Below are positions 48,735 through 59,669 of a stretch of 64,000 bases of DNA, in pieces. How positions within the stretch are numbered: the first letter of the stretch is position 1; the number at the start of each line of letters is the position of its first letter. The DNA comes from a virus. Lineage: Duplodnaviria > Caudoviricetes. The position numbers and the translations under genes were made by a program. Below the pieces are notes generated by a model. It was not told the origin of the DNA. It saw nothing but the letters and a program-made list of their open reading frames with translations, and ran no database searches. The stretch spans positions 1 to 64,000 of IMG/VR virus record IMGVR_UViG_3300035497_000258; one strand, written 5' to 3'.

Positions 48735-49954
48735 TTAACCCCCCGATGTCTCGGAGTCCGCAGGCTTTTCAACAATGCCCTTCTCGCAATCACGTATTAA
48801 ATCAACATCAAGTTCATCTTCATCAATCACCTGAATCAGAGCCAAAACTTTATTATCGCTAAATTTCGTATAAGCGGGGAAAGCATCAACCACAAAGTTA
48901 AAAGTAGAAGGATCACCGCTAGAAGCCATACTAAATGTAAAGTTAGACTGGACTTTACCATTAGGAATAATAAACTCAGCAGGCATATCTCTACCATCGC
49001 TCTCGCGTCTAAACAAGGTATCGCCTTCAATGTAGAAGTTGCCAGAGAAACTATCAGCAGTAATTTCCATCTACAGCGCACCACTCTTTTTTGCAACATA
49101 ATAATCAACTAAAATAATCTTATTAGCTTTAATCTTAGAACAAGTAATTGTAGTATTACCATTACTATAAGTTACTGCTGTAGGTACACAAGGTTCATCA
49201 GTAATATAACCATTATCATCAAGAACCATAATATACATATCCGCATTTTCATTATAATTATCACCAGCAGTTAAATTATTACAAGCGGTAATATGTTCAA
49301 GAGTAATAGTACCATCAACACTTGCTTTAATTTGAGAAGTAGAATGAACATAAACGGGAGCCTCATCTTTAGCAGAAATTAGTCTTGCACCAGATAAAAT
49401 GGAAAATCCTTCAGGAGTTAGTAAAGCATCTTCCATATTAAAAGTAAGAGTTTTCTCGCCGTCCCAAGCAATTAAGCGCGTGTTACCTCGACCCATTATT
49501 ATTCCAATAAGCTCGCTACAGCTTATTGCGTTCTCTTATGAACTGCTATATCTTTATATATACATATAGATTAGACTATATCTTTTTCTCTTATAGAGAA
49601 ATCTTCCATTTCGACCGCCAATCACTTGCGGCCTACGTCTTTCGACTAGTCGTTGAACCTTACTTGAATTCTATATCTTTAGTAAGATATTCAAGCCTTG
49701 GCTGCTGATTGCCTAGTGAGGATTTTTACTAGGTTTTCCAGCAATTAGAAAGATTTGCTAATTCTTATCACTAAGAATAGGGGCAATCATTTACCCTGGG
49801 CATAAACTGTGGTAACAGCACCTTCTAAGCTAGAAGTTTTTAAAGAATCAAAATAAATAACAGGCTCATTCTTTAAGAATTCTCTTGAACCAAGTCTCAT
49901 TCTGCTACGCGCACGGAAAACAACATTGCAAATCTCGCGCGATCCAAACCGCAT
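48735..49954 (-). CDS. major tail (tube) protein, exons 49954-49793 and 49493-48735 (306 aa, 1 TAG)
   Basis: MRFGSREIC...TVYAQG|GRGNTRLIAWDGEK...FSMASSGDPSTF; position between neck genes and TMP. Confidence 0.8.
49494..49792 (-). ncRNA. ORF-less group I intron (299 nt) in major tail gene
   Basis: P1 GGGT/GCCC; GTTCAACGACTA, AAGATATAGTC; terminal G. Confidence 0.88.
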
Positions 49955-49968
49955 AATTAATTTCCTCC

Positions 49969-50706
49969 TTAATGAATATTTTTCATCCAATTTTCTACTT
50001 GTTCTTCAGGTTTGCCACCCGCAAGTCGTGACTTCAAATCTACGTCCCAGCTTACTTGTAGCATATATCTATCAACCAGATCAAACAACTAAAAAACCGT
50101 TAAATTTAAACAATCCTATAGTGTCATAGAATTTAATCCTACTACCAAAATAGAAATGTATCTCGTTAAAACACTGCCCTAATCAGCAGATTTTATTTGT
50201 GCTATTTTGCGGCGAGAAGCTTCTAATTTATCAGCTATCTTCTTAGCTGCCGCATTAGCCGGATTATATACTATATCGTTATCTCCCTTAAATATCTACT
50301 TTGTACAAGAAACCTAATTTAATACATTCTAAAAAACTGAAAAGTTTGATTCATCTATTATGCTAGATTCTTTTTCTTTATTCATTAAAATAATGCTATT
50401 TGGAGTGACTAAAGTTTTACGATCCGGAAACAATAGCTACAAAGCAGTCAGAATAATTTGCTTTTTATCTTTAAACTCTGGCTGCATTAGTATTTTCATT
50501 AATACCTAAAAATTCGTAACAGTCTCTAAAAGAGACTCGTCCTAAATGAACTAACGTTTCTCTAAACATAAATACTATATAGCCTAAAAATAATCCTCCT
50601 CACCCATGAAGGCTATATCCTATAGAGTGGGAGGATGTAGTGTAAGCTATAATTCTGGAATAGGAATGTCAATTCCAGCCATTAAAGATAAAGTTAAATC
50701 TTTCAT
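49969..50706 (-). CDS. hypothetical virion morphogenesis protein (245 aa, many TAG)
   Basis: open with read-through; ATGA coupling to upstream gene. Confidence 0.72.
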
Positions 50707-51239
50707 TCAAGAGGATTAACTTCATCTTCATGTCCTCTAACTGCTAAATATCTTAATGTGATTCCGCCAAATTCATCATCATAAACATCCTAATCAGCAC
50801 CCATAAAATTTAATACTCCAATACCGGTTAAATGCTAACTATCTAACATAGAATCAATTTCACCAGCTATTCGGTACGGCCGCAGTTCATAATCTCCTAA
50901 ATCCCAATTAGCGAAATGACATATAATCTTAATTTCAACTACATGGTCTCGGTAGTAAGGATTTGAGGCATTAGGGGTAAAACTATCATAAGTAATACGT
51001 ATATAATTCAATTTATCTGAATTTACTACTATCTTAGGAATATTAGAAATATTTTTCTACTCAAATAATGATTTAATTTGTTCAGAAGTAAGATTTGGTT
51101 TTTTCTGCCAATCTTTTACATTATAATAAAGCAATTTAAGAACATCTTGATTACCGAGTATTTTATCCATGATAAGAGAAGTGTCCTTCGACATTCCTAA
51201 AAAACTGGACTTAGGATACTCGTAAAAATTCCTTTTCAT
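50703..51239 (-). CDS. putative tail terminator/neck protein (TAG read-through)
   Basis: SSFLGM..LKLLYY..LRPYRIAGEID; ends TGA. Confidence 0.68.
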
Positions 51240-51260
51240 TTCTCCTGTTTCTCCTATCTA

Positions 51261-52250
51261 TTAAAACAAAGATTCAACTACGATTACTTTCTCTCGTAAT
51301 ATATCATCTTTGGACCATTGTAAAGTAAACTATCCACTTACAGACTTTAACCAAGTTAAAGAAATAGTTTTATCATCAACTGGTATAATTTCTACTGGAG
51401 CTTTTTCTTTAACACACCAAACACCACCTTCATCCGAGCTATATTGTTCTGCGATTTTGGGTTTGATGAATGTTAAACCTTCAATTCCACTATTAGGCAT
51501 AGAATCAACAGGTTCAATAATAAGACCATTCTTCATTTCATTTGTTTTATCATCTGTATCTCTATCTATATAGTACTCTTCTGCGTTAATTTCAATTATA
51601 TTTTTCATACTAATTGAATCAACCGCTTGTACCTACCAACATTTTCCAGCAAACAGAAATTCAGAATAACGGTCAAAAGCCTAGATAGTTTTATCATTCT
51701 ACGGGAGTAAAATATTCAAACTCCAGTTAGGTCTATCAACTCGTATTTGATTCTTCTGGATAGATTCAATCTACGTTTCAACAGGACCTCTTATAGCTGC
51801 CCAAGTAGAATACCAGTTACCAGAAGCATCTTTAAATTTTAATTTATATTTGCATTGTCTAATTTCCCCTCTGAAATAAGCATCCTCAGTCAACTACTAA
51901 AGATAAATAATCCAGAAGGTCTAAGTACCAACCCAACAAAATACATCACCGAGTTGATAATTATATTTATAATCAATAGAGAGAATCTTATCATCATAAT
52001 CTTGTTTAACTTTATCAGGATTAATCAAAGCTCTATAGACTTCGTTAATTTGCATATCCTAATCAAGAGAAGAATCATCTTCGCTTAAGCACTCGCTATA
52101 AGGTTGTACTAAAGTGACATCACAACCTTGATAAGAATATAACAAACTCTTTAGAAAAGTATTATACTTATCTTGAATCATGCGGGCTTCCTGCTAAATG
52201 CCGCCTTGATACTCGAGGCGTTTCCGCATCATATCATAATTAGTAGTCAC
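51261..52250 (-). CDS. putative head closure/neck protein (329 aa, TAG read-through)
   Basis: RALINPDKVKQDYDDKILS, EDAYFRGEIR; in frame with 51330-51608. Confidence 0.68.
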
Positions 52251-52551
52251 TACTTTTCACCGCCTTCGCCATAATATCTATACAGCGAAAAACTGTTTTG
52301 CGATAAATCATGAAATCATCGCAAATCTCGCTTTTTAATCCCTCTAGCTTAGATAGCAAAATCAAAAAATCTAGCTCACTAGAAAATACTTCCTGGAGTC
52401 CCGCAATTTCTTCAATAATAGTATTGAGATGATTCTCCCAATTTTCACTATTTTCTCGCATTGGAATTAGCTTCCAAATCTAATTAATAAGCCTGCGGGA
52501 ATCGACAGAAACGGTACTGTCATTAATCTCAAAGTTATACTTAGTTATCAT
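52240..52551 (-). CDS. hypothetical protein (1 TAG)
   Basis: RLINQIWKLIPMRE; overlapping start and stop with neighbours. Confidence 0.68.
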
Positions 52552-53044
52552 CTAAAGCACTCGTTTCTATTAAAGTAGACCAATTAGACTTTACTGATCC
52601 ATTAGAATCAATATATTTGCGACGTTTGTATAAACGCTGCATATGTCTATCTTGTCGTTCAGCCTCTTGTTTAAGTTTCATAAGCTTGTCCAGATGATTC
52701 GCCTAGCTCGTCATCTTATAGTCCGCTCCCGAGTATTTCATCCGCACGTTTTCTATAGATGCTATCTATCTTTGTAACCAGGTATTATACATAAGATGAG
52801 CGAGGATATTAACTTCCTCGCTCGTTAAATGACAATTAAATTCTAAATTCTCTGTATTGTAATCATATAATGGGAATCGAGGAAATTCAAAGCCAGGAAT
52901 GGCGTCAAGTAGAATATTAAGAAGATCCTTCTCAGTATCTTCTTTAGTCCAAATGAAATACATATCATCTGTTATTTTACCAAAGAACCGGTCATAAATT
53001 TCCTAGAAAGAGGTATTGGTTCCAGTAATTGGATATTCTGCCAT
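52541..53044 (-). CDS. putative head-tail adaptor (TAG read-through)
   Basis: FFGKITDD...WLQRQ...TSQANHL; RBS GGAGGTG. Confidence 0.7.
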
Positions 53045-53058
53045 TTTTTGGCACCTCC

Positions 53059-53610
53059 TCATTCTCCGTCTTTAGGAATCACCAAAGCTTCCTTTTTAGC
53101 ATAACTAGGCGTAGCGACACGTCTCTTAGAAGTTTCGACTTCTTCAACCTTATCTTCTTTTGATGCCTCATTCAAAGCAATAGCAGAAGTAACATTAAAT
53201 CCAAGAAAATCTAAAACTGCCTGCCGTTTATTCACATCATTCAAAGGAACTGAAACTGAATACTTCTTAATTAAATCTTTAACTCCAACAGGAGCGAACT
53301 GTAAAGCATCCTTAAACTCATCTAAAGAACATTCATTAATCCAGGTAGGAATAATATCTTCGGTAAGCCAATATTCAGGCTCTTCTGTCAGATTAAGCCC
53401 TTCATGGATAGCTTCCTTGTTCTGAATCAAAAGGAAGTTATACAGCAGTTCTCTTCCGCCAGGTTGTGCGGCGACCGCAGTTATCTCACCGTATTCGACC
53501 TACTTGGTCTCCTTCGGATAGAATTCTCTGCGGATTCCCCGTTCAGGAATGATATAAACCACTGAACCTTCGCTACGATTAGTTATCTTAATCATATCTG
53601 TACTCTTCAT
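53059..53610 (-). CDS. hypothetical head-associated protein (1 TAG)
   Basis: ATG after AAGGAG; extends track ORF. Confidence 0.7.
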
Positions 53611-53632
53611 TTTTTATCTCCTTTTACTCAGC

Positions 53633-53661
53633 GGTTAGGAGGGGATTAACCCCTCCTACCT
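53633..53661 (-). terminator. stem-loop after major capsid gene
   Basis: TAGGAGGGG-loop-CCCCTCCTA. Confidence 0.6.
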
Positions 53662-53669
53662 TTTTATAA

Positions 53670-54701
53670 TCAAGCTCCGATAGTATCCAGCTTACCAGCC
53701 AGAGTAGTATCCACGTAGGAGCAAATATTGTTAGTCAGCATCACACCAACGCCCACCTTACGATAGACCTGGATATCACGAGACCAATCCTCATTCTCGC
53801 GCTCGCGCACATTGGTATTACCCTCAAAGGCAATCTTCACGGGCTTCATATTAGCGCCAGCGGGAATAACCCAAGCATAACCGGGGTCAATAACTTTACG
53901 GCTGTTGGTTTCATCCTCATAAGACTGGGGCAGAACGATAACCTGACAACCCTTATAATTGCCCAGATAACCCTGATTCCAACGGGTATCACGCATATTA
54001 TCAGAAACCCAGCCGGTCTCAGGCACCATCTTCACTGCAAATTCATAAGTGCAGTAAATAGTAGGCTGACCATAGGCAGAAGCAACCTGAATCAGACGGT
54101 CCATAGAAGCCTCATCAAAACGGTTGGTAGAAACTTTATTAGCTGCAGGGAGCTGGTTAATAGAACTCATAAGAGCACGGGCAATCTCACGATAGATTAA
54201 ATCATCCATGCCTTCCATGATAATATTTGTGACTTCTGCGAAATCGGCACGACCATCGAGAAATTCCTCAAAACCAATTTGAGCAGCGCCGCCAATAGCA
54301 TTGGTCTGCACTTCAAAGCTCTCCCCGCCCAGCTTAAAGACTTCATACACGCCAGCCAGACCAACATGGGTCACGAACTGCTTAGCACGCATATGGCCCA
54401 TACGGCGAGTAAACACAGGACGATCGCCCTGAGCAAAAGTCTTAGTCTCAGCGAACTGACCATAACGCTCAAGAACACGAGTAGGAAGAATATCATTCAT
54501 AGTCTCCTCAATCAGAGAGAAAATAGTATTCTTATTCTCACGGTACAGAGCATTAGTACCAGCGAGCTCATTCAGCTCATTCCGCAAAGTCTCATTTAGT
54601 GCCCCGTAGGTCATAGAAACACCATTCACGCTATAAGTGCCGGAGGGATTAGCCTTCGCCACAGTTTTCATTAAAGATAAAAGGTCATTATACTGTAACA
54701 T
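53670..54701 (-). CDS. major capsid protein (TAG-free)
   Basis: 343 aa, follows protease/scaffold and decoration genes; biased codon usage typical of high expression. Confidence 0.8.
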   Translation of the reverse strand: MLQYNDLLSLMKTVAKANPSGTYSVNGVSMTYGALNETLRNELNELAGTNALYRENKNTIFSLIEETMNDILPTRVLERYGQFAETKTFAQGDRPVFTRRMGHMRAKQFVTHVGLAGVYEVFKLGGESFEVQTNAIGGAAQIGFEEFLDGRADFAEVTNIIMEGMDDLIYREIARALMSSINQLPAANKVSTNRFDEASMDRLIQVASAYGQPTIYCTYEFAVKMVPETGWVSDNMRDTRWNQGYLGNYKGCQVIVLPQSYEDETNSRKVIDPGYAWVIPAGANMKPVKIAFEGNTNVRERENEDWSRDIQVYRKVGVGVMLTNNICSYVDTTLAGKLDTIGA

Positions 54702-54718
54702 TATCTATCTCTCCTTTC

Positions 54719-55369
54719 TCAAGCAATGCGCTGAAGCTTAACGGCGGGCTGGTTATCAGCCAGAGTATAAACCTTAACAACCTGGAAGGTAGGACCTTCC
54801 TCGTCACCAGACTTACAAAGGAAGCCATCAGAACCGACAGTCAGCTTATCACCTTTATCCAGAGAAGCCTCATTCACGCCATTGGTAGTAAAAATATCAC
54901 CCACATTGGTCTTAATAACACGGGGGAACATCTTCTGACCATCGTCAAGATACTGAGGATAATCATAAGCAGGAATCTGAATAGTAGCACCTTCATCAGA
55001 ATTCTCTCTGACAGCCTCCTCACTGTGGTCAAGCACGGTCAGAAGATCAGAGCTACTCTAACCAACAGGGCTATAAACACGAGCATTGTAATTCTGCTTA
55101 ATCATAGCAAAATCCTCGTACTGCTGACGATCCTCATAAAGCTTAACCTCATTAAAGACCATCATCCACTCGCCATCACCAGTGAAATTAACCTCGCCAT
55201 TAGCATAATCATACTTCACAAACTGGCCATTCTCTAAAATATTAATATCAGCGGCAGCAGGTAACTGGGCATAGATTTGACCAGTGCGCTGTGCAGACAG
55301 GTGGTTAGGCTCAACTTGAGAATAACCACGCTTAACAAAGCTAGCGCCGCTTAAACGTGTAATTGCCAT
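54719..55369 (-). CDS. capsid-associated/decoration protein (1 TAG)
   Basis: track ORFs 55058-55369 and 54719-55036 fuse in frame; VEPNHLSAQRTGQIYAQLP. Confidence 0.72.
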
Positions 55370-55389
55370 TATTACATTTCCTCCTTATT

Positions 55390-56700
55390 TTAATTCATTT
55401 TTGATTCAGTATCTTTAACAGCCTGAATCCAAGCAGGGATAACAGAATCCTGCTCAACTTCTGATAAACTAAATGTCACACCAGGCTTTTCCTCTTCTTC
55501 TTGAGAGAAATTAACTCTATTGCGTACGCAAGCAATAGATAGTTTAGCCTCAATGTCATCTAAAGAATAATTATCAATATTAGCTTGAACATCTGCTTTA
55601 TCTTCATCAGAAAGCATATAGAAGCTATTAATCATATTCTGCTTATCTTCATGCTCTTTAGCAAGTTTAAACTCCTTGAGAGGAGAAATCTCAGCTTGAA
55701 GTGCGGAAACGGTAGCTTCGAGCTGCGCGTATTCTGAAGTTAAAGCGTCGAACTTTTCCTTCAGCTCCGCATACTCAGTAACTTCGTCAAGATTATACTT
55801 CTTTTCGTCCTTACATTCATGCTTAGTTTCATTCTTCTTCTCTTTCTCATCCTCCGCAGGTTCAGACTTAGGGTCCTCTTCCTTCTCTTCGGGCTCAGAG
55901 TTCTTCTTATCTTCAGGCTTCTTATCATCTTCGGCCTTAGCATAAGAATCTGTATCAATCGTATTGACTAAAGACTCACTCGACTCAACAACATTAATAG
56001 CTGCTGTTGTATTAATTTGTTCCATCTTGTATTCTGTACCTCCTTTACTTAAAGCTTCTTGTAATTCTTGTACCATCGAGTACATTTCAGCTTTAAAATC
56101 TTGTAGAGAAAATTCAGATTTAATCTACGCACCTTCGAAACAAGGTTCGACATTCTCTCCAAGAATACATAGTTTTTCAATCAATGCTTCACTATAAATA
56201 AAAAATCTACTACCTAAATTTATATTTTCTGCCCAAGTTCCTTTTTGAGTTTTACTATTAATTTCCATAGACTGATTATTACCTTGCTCTATAATTCGCT
56301 TAGAGTCAGGATAAGCCTCAGTCCATAAATAGCCTTCTGTCACTAGATATTCTCTTTCAATACCTTCATCAGAAAATTTCTGAAACCAAACTTGAGCATT
56401 AGTAGGAACAAATCCATAGGGACGTGTAACATCAATGATAGACCACTTACCGTCCTTGATCTCCACTTCCCGCTCATGGGCTTCAAAATCCTTAGTATCT
56501 TGATTATAATAACCAACGATCGGACTTCCCGGCAGATTTCTTCCCATTTCAGTAGCAACTTCTTTTGTTATAACTGTATGGTTCCTATTAGGTTGTTGAC
56601 CAACATAACAGACTTTAATCTAACAATGACTAATTAAAGGACTAATCTTTGTCATTTCAATAAATTCCATTGTTGAATCAACAGGAATACTAATATGCAA
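55390..56700 (-). CDS. prohead protease/scaffold fusion (436 aa, 2 TAG)
   Basis: NRNHT, PIVG, PYGFV, GYLW, QSME, LCILG..VEPCFEGA protease-type motifs followed by acidic coiled coil. Confidence 0.8.
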
Positions 56701-56719
56701 CGTCAATCCCTCCTTTCAA

Positions 56720-58306
56720 TTAGCTCATTGCTTCACGATTCTGCAATGTTTTATCAGACTTCTCGTCGTCAGCTTTCTCCGGCCGCCCCACTTCATTCTC
56801 ACTACTATTGTTTTTAGAGGTTGAAGAAGAATGTGCTGCTTGCTACTATTGCTGTAACACATTACTATTCATAGTATTACTAGACATAGGCGGCAGCATG
56901 ATTTCAGACAGATGGAGAATTTCATTCTCAAAATGAGCAGTAGCGATAATACTAGATTGAGAGTGACCTAAAGCTATCTGCGGCAACATCTTAGAATAAC
57001 CAATCTAGGTTTGCTCTTTATACATTTTAGCTATATCTTTATAATTATAAATCGTAGTTTCAAGAATCTCGATTCTAAAATTATATTGAGTTTTATCAAA
57101 ACGCTTAATAATTGTATTTAAAAGCATCTCAAATTGATATACTAAATCTCGCATAGTAGCTTCATCGTTTAAGATAGATTTTTCAAGAGCTGTATTACCT
57201 TCGGTATTAAACAAATTCTGTGAAACACCTAAATTATTATACACTGTTCTTTCTACTCTTTGCAAATCATCGCTGGTTGCAGTCGAGTTATCATCCTGCA
57301 TATCAGCTACTTCTGTATCAGCAAAAGTAGTAAGAACATCAACACCTACTGCTCTCTTCAACATAGTAACTGCATTATTGTGCAGATCTCGAGCTTCATC
57401 GAGGTCAAAGACCAAGTCTCCATTTTTGTCAATCGGCAGCTTTTGGATAACTATTTTCAAGAGCTACTGCATGGTCTTTTTACGGTCGAGTTCTTGTGCT
57501 TCGTCTAAGTCAATGATAGAAGGAATAGCTTGAATGAGAGGCGGAAAATCACTATCATTCAAGTTAAATTTAACTCCAACACCAGGATCAAGCATAAACC
57601 AGCCATAATCATCACCGACATCTTGCTTTAGTTTTCCCTCTTTAAACTTTATATAAGCTTTTTGTAATTCTTTGGGGAAAAGAGACAAGACTTTTAGACG
57701 ATACTAAACATTAGAGAAACAGGAGTCAAAGAATTGGAGATTAACCTCTACGATATCCTATCCATTTTTCTTAAATCTACTTCTACAATAACGTGCGGGA
57801 AGCTGCTAAACCTAGAAGCTACTGCCCTCGTCAACTAGATATCCGTAATAAACACCATCTTTTACTACTGCTAAAGCTATATCGCCAAGAACCTTCTTGA
57901 CGTTAGAATCATCAAAGTAAAATAAAACTTTAGTATAATCTTTAAGTAATTTACTATCATTAGCTTTATCTTTTGCAAATGGCGTTACGTGCCAATCGTA
58001 TCTATAAAGAAAAGCAAGATATTTACAAATTCGTTGATATATTCCGCTAGATTCATAATAGTAATTTGATATTTCTCTTAGAGTATTAATATCTTTGCGC
58101 TTGATAGTATTAAGGATAAAATTTTTATCACCATACTAGCGGTGTGCTTTCTTGAAGCTTCCAATATTTACAACCGCGTCTTCAAGCTTCTTCACACCTA
58201 TACGAACCGCATTATTCTCGGTAGGCACTTCATCTTCTAAAGAATATTGTACTCTACCAAACATATCAAATCCTTTATCATGGATCTCTTCTTGTCTACT
58301 TGCCAA
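56720..58306 (-). CDS. portal protein (528 aa, TAG read-through)
   Basis: TTG after AAGGAGGTG; track ORFs fuse; C-terminal GRPEK motif; position after terminase. Confidence 0.8.
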
Positions 58307-58318
58307 TATCTCACCTCC

Positions 58319-58679
58319 TTAATATCCAGCTTTTTTGAATATATAATCGTAGTTTACTCGTTCTTCTTCCCAATAAGGAATTTCAATTAGTTTTATATTA
58401 TGTTCAGCGCAATAAAGGCGTTTCTTTTCATCATTATACTTTTGTTGATATAAACCTTTAGTGCCGCCAAATTTACTAACTGCTTGATAATGTTGTTTAC
58501 CTTGATATTCAATTAGAAAATCAATACGTCCATCATCATCGAAAATGGCGAAGTCAAAGCTATCGAAGAGGATTACCATTAGTACTCAATAAATCAGGAA
58601 ATTCATATTCTTCTTGAAAGTTAATTTCATTAGCTTCTAAAATACGATAGATTCTAATTTCACCTCTGCTAGCCCTCAA
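58319..58679 (-). CDS. Vsr/DUF559-like PD-(D/E)xK endonuclease interrupted by a 4-nt TAGC insert (segments 58679-58563, 58558-58319)
   Basis: MRASRGE...EYEFPDL...PLR|FDFAIF...IEYQGKQHY...ND..KR.YC...LIEIPYW; TTG after GGAGGTG. Confidence 0.8.
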
Positions 58680-59582
58680 TTACACCACCTCCTCATAAAA
58701 ACACCACTTTAATTTTTCTCCAGTTTCTGGGTGAATACCAGCTGTTTCTTTTTTACCTAAGCAACAAGCTTTAATGCTTTTTCCAGTATCGAATAGACTA
58801 GACCATTTAGCAGCAGAAAGCATAGAATTAAAGATCTAATTAGTATTTATACAAATAACCTTTATACTACGTTTATCTTTATACTATCTTGTGTCTATAT
58901 TTTCTACATCGTTAATATAAATCCAATGTAACGGTATCCCAGATTCAGGATGTTTGCCAGAGCTTTTTCGCTCACCCCTGCAGCATTGCCCTATTCCAGA
59001 AACACTTTTAAGACCGCACCAATTAGCGGCCTCTTTTATTGTTGTAAAAATTTTTCCAGTCTCTAAATTTTTAACAATTTTACTATTTGGATTTTTATCT
59101 CCTTGACATTCTTTAATGCGTTTCTCTCTTTTAATAGGATCATTCCAGAAATTTTTTACTCCTCGCTATAAATTTTCTTCAGCTTTTTGAGCGAATTCTT
59201 TATTAGACCAAGATTTCTTTCTAGCCTCAGAGAAGCTTTTACTCATTTTCGCTTTATATTCTGGATTTTTCCACATCTATTCCATATAATTATTTCCACC
59301 AGGAGTTAAATTATATCCTTTATCAGAGTTAAAACTATCATAATAAGCAATCCAATAAACTTCTCGTTCGTTGGCTTCTTGAAAAGTTAAATTATCTTCA
59401 ATAATTTCATGCGAAAAATTTTCCCATCCATACTTCTAAATTGCTTTCCAAAATAAAGTGCATCCTTTATAATAAATACCATTACAGCTAAATCGCTATT
59501 TAATATTTTGTGTCTAGCCTATATAGATTTTCCCGTTAGTTAAATTAGTATGTTTATATATACAATATTTCTTTTCTTCCAT
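58680..59582 (-). CDS. free-standing GIY-YIG homing endonuclease (300 aa, TAG read-through; absent from track)
   Basis: YCIYKHTNLTNGKIYIG(TAG)T...GYNLTPGG; C-terminal NUMOD1-like repeats. Confidence 0.85.
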
Positions 59583-59669
59583 AAGGATTTATACCTCTAT
59601 TTTCTTATAAAGTTCTCTTTATTAGTTATAAAAAATCAACTAATTGTATTAAATAAATCTGTCCTAGTC

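Noticed and set aside
57455-57470. Rule that every in-frame TAG-C is skipped
   Set aside because: Portal (CAG TAG CTC) and several other genes keep frame through TAG-C
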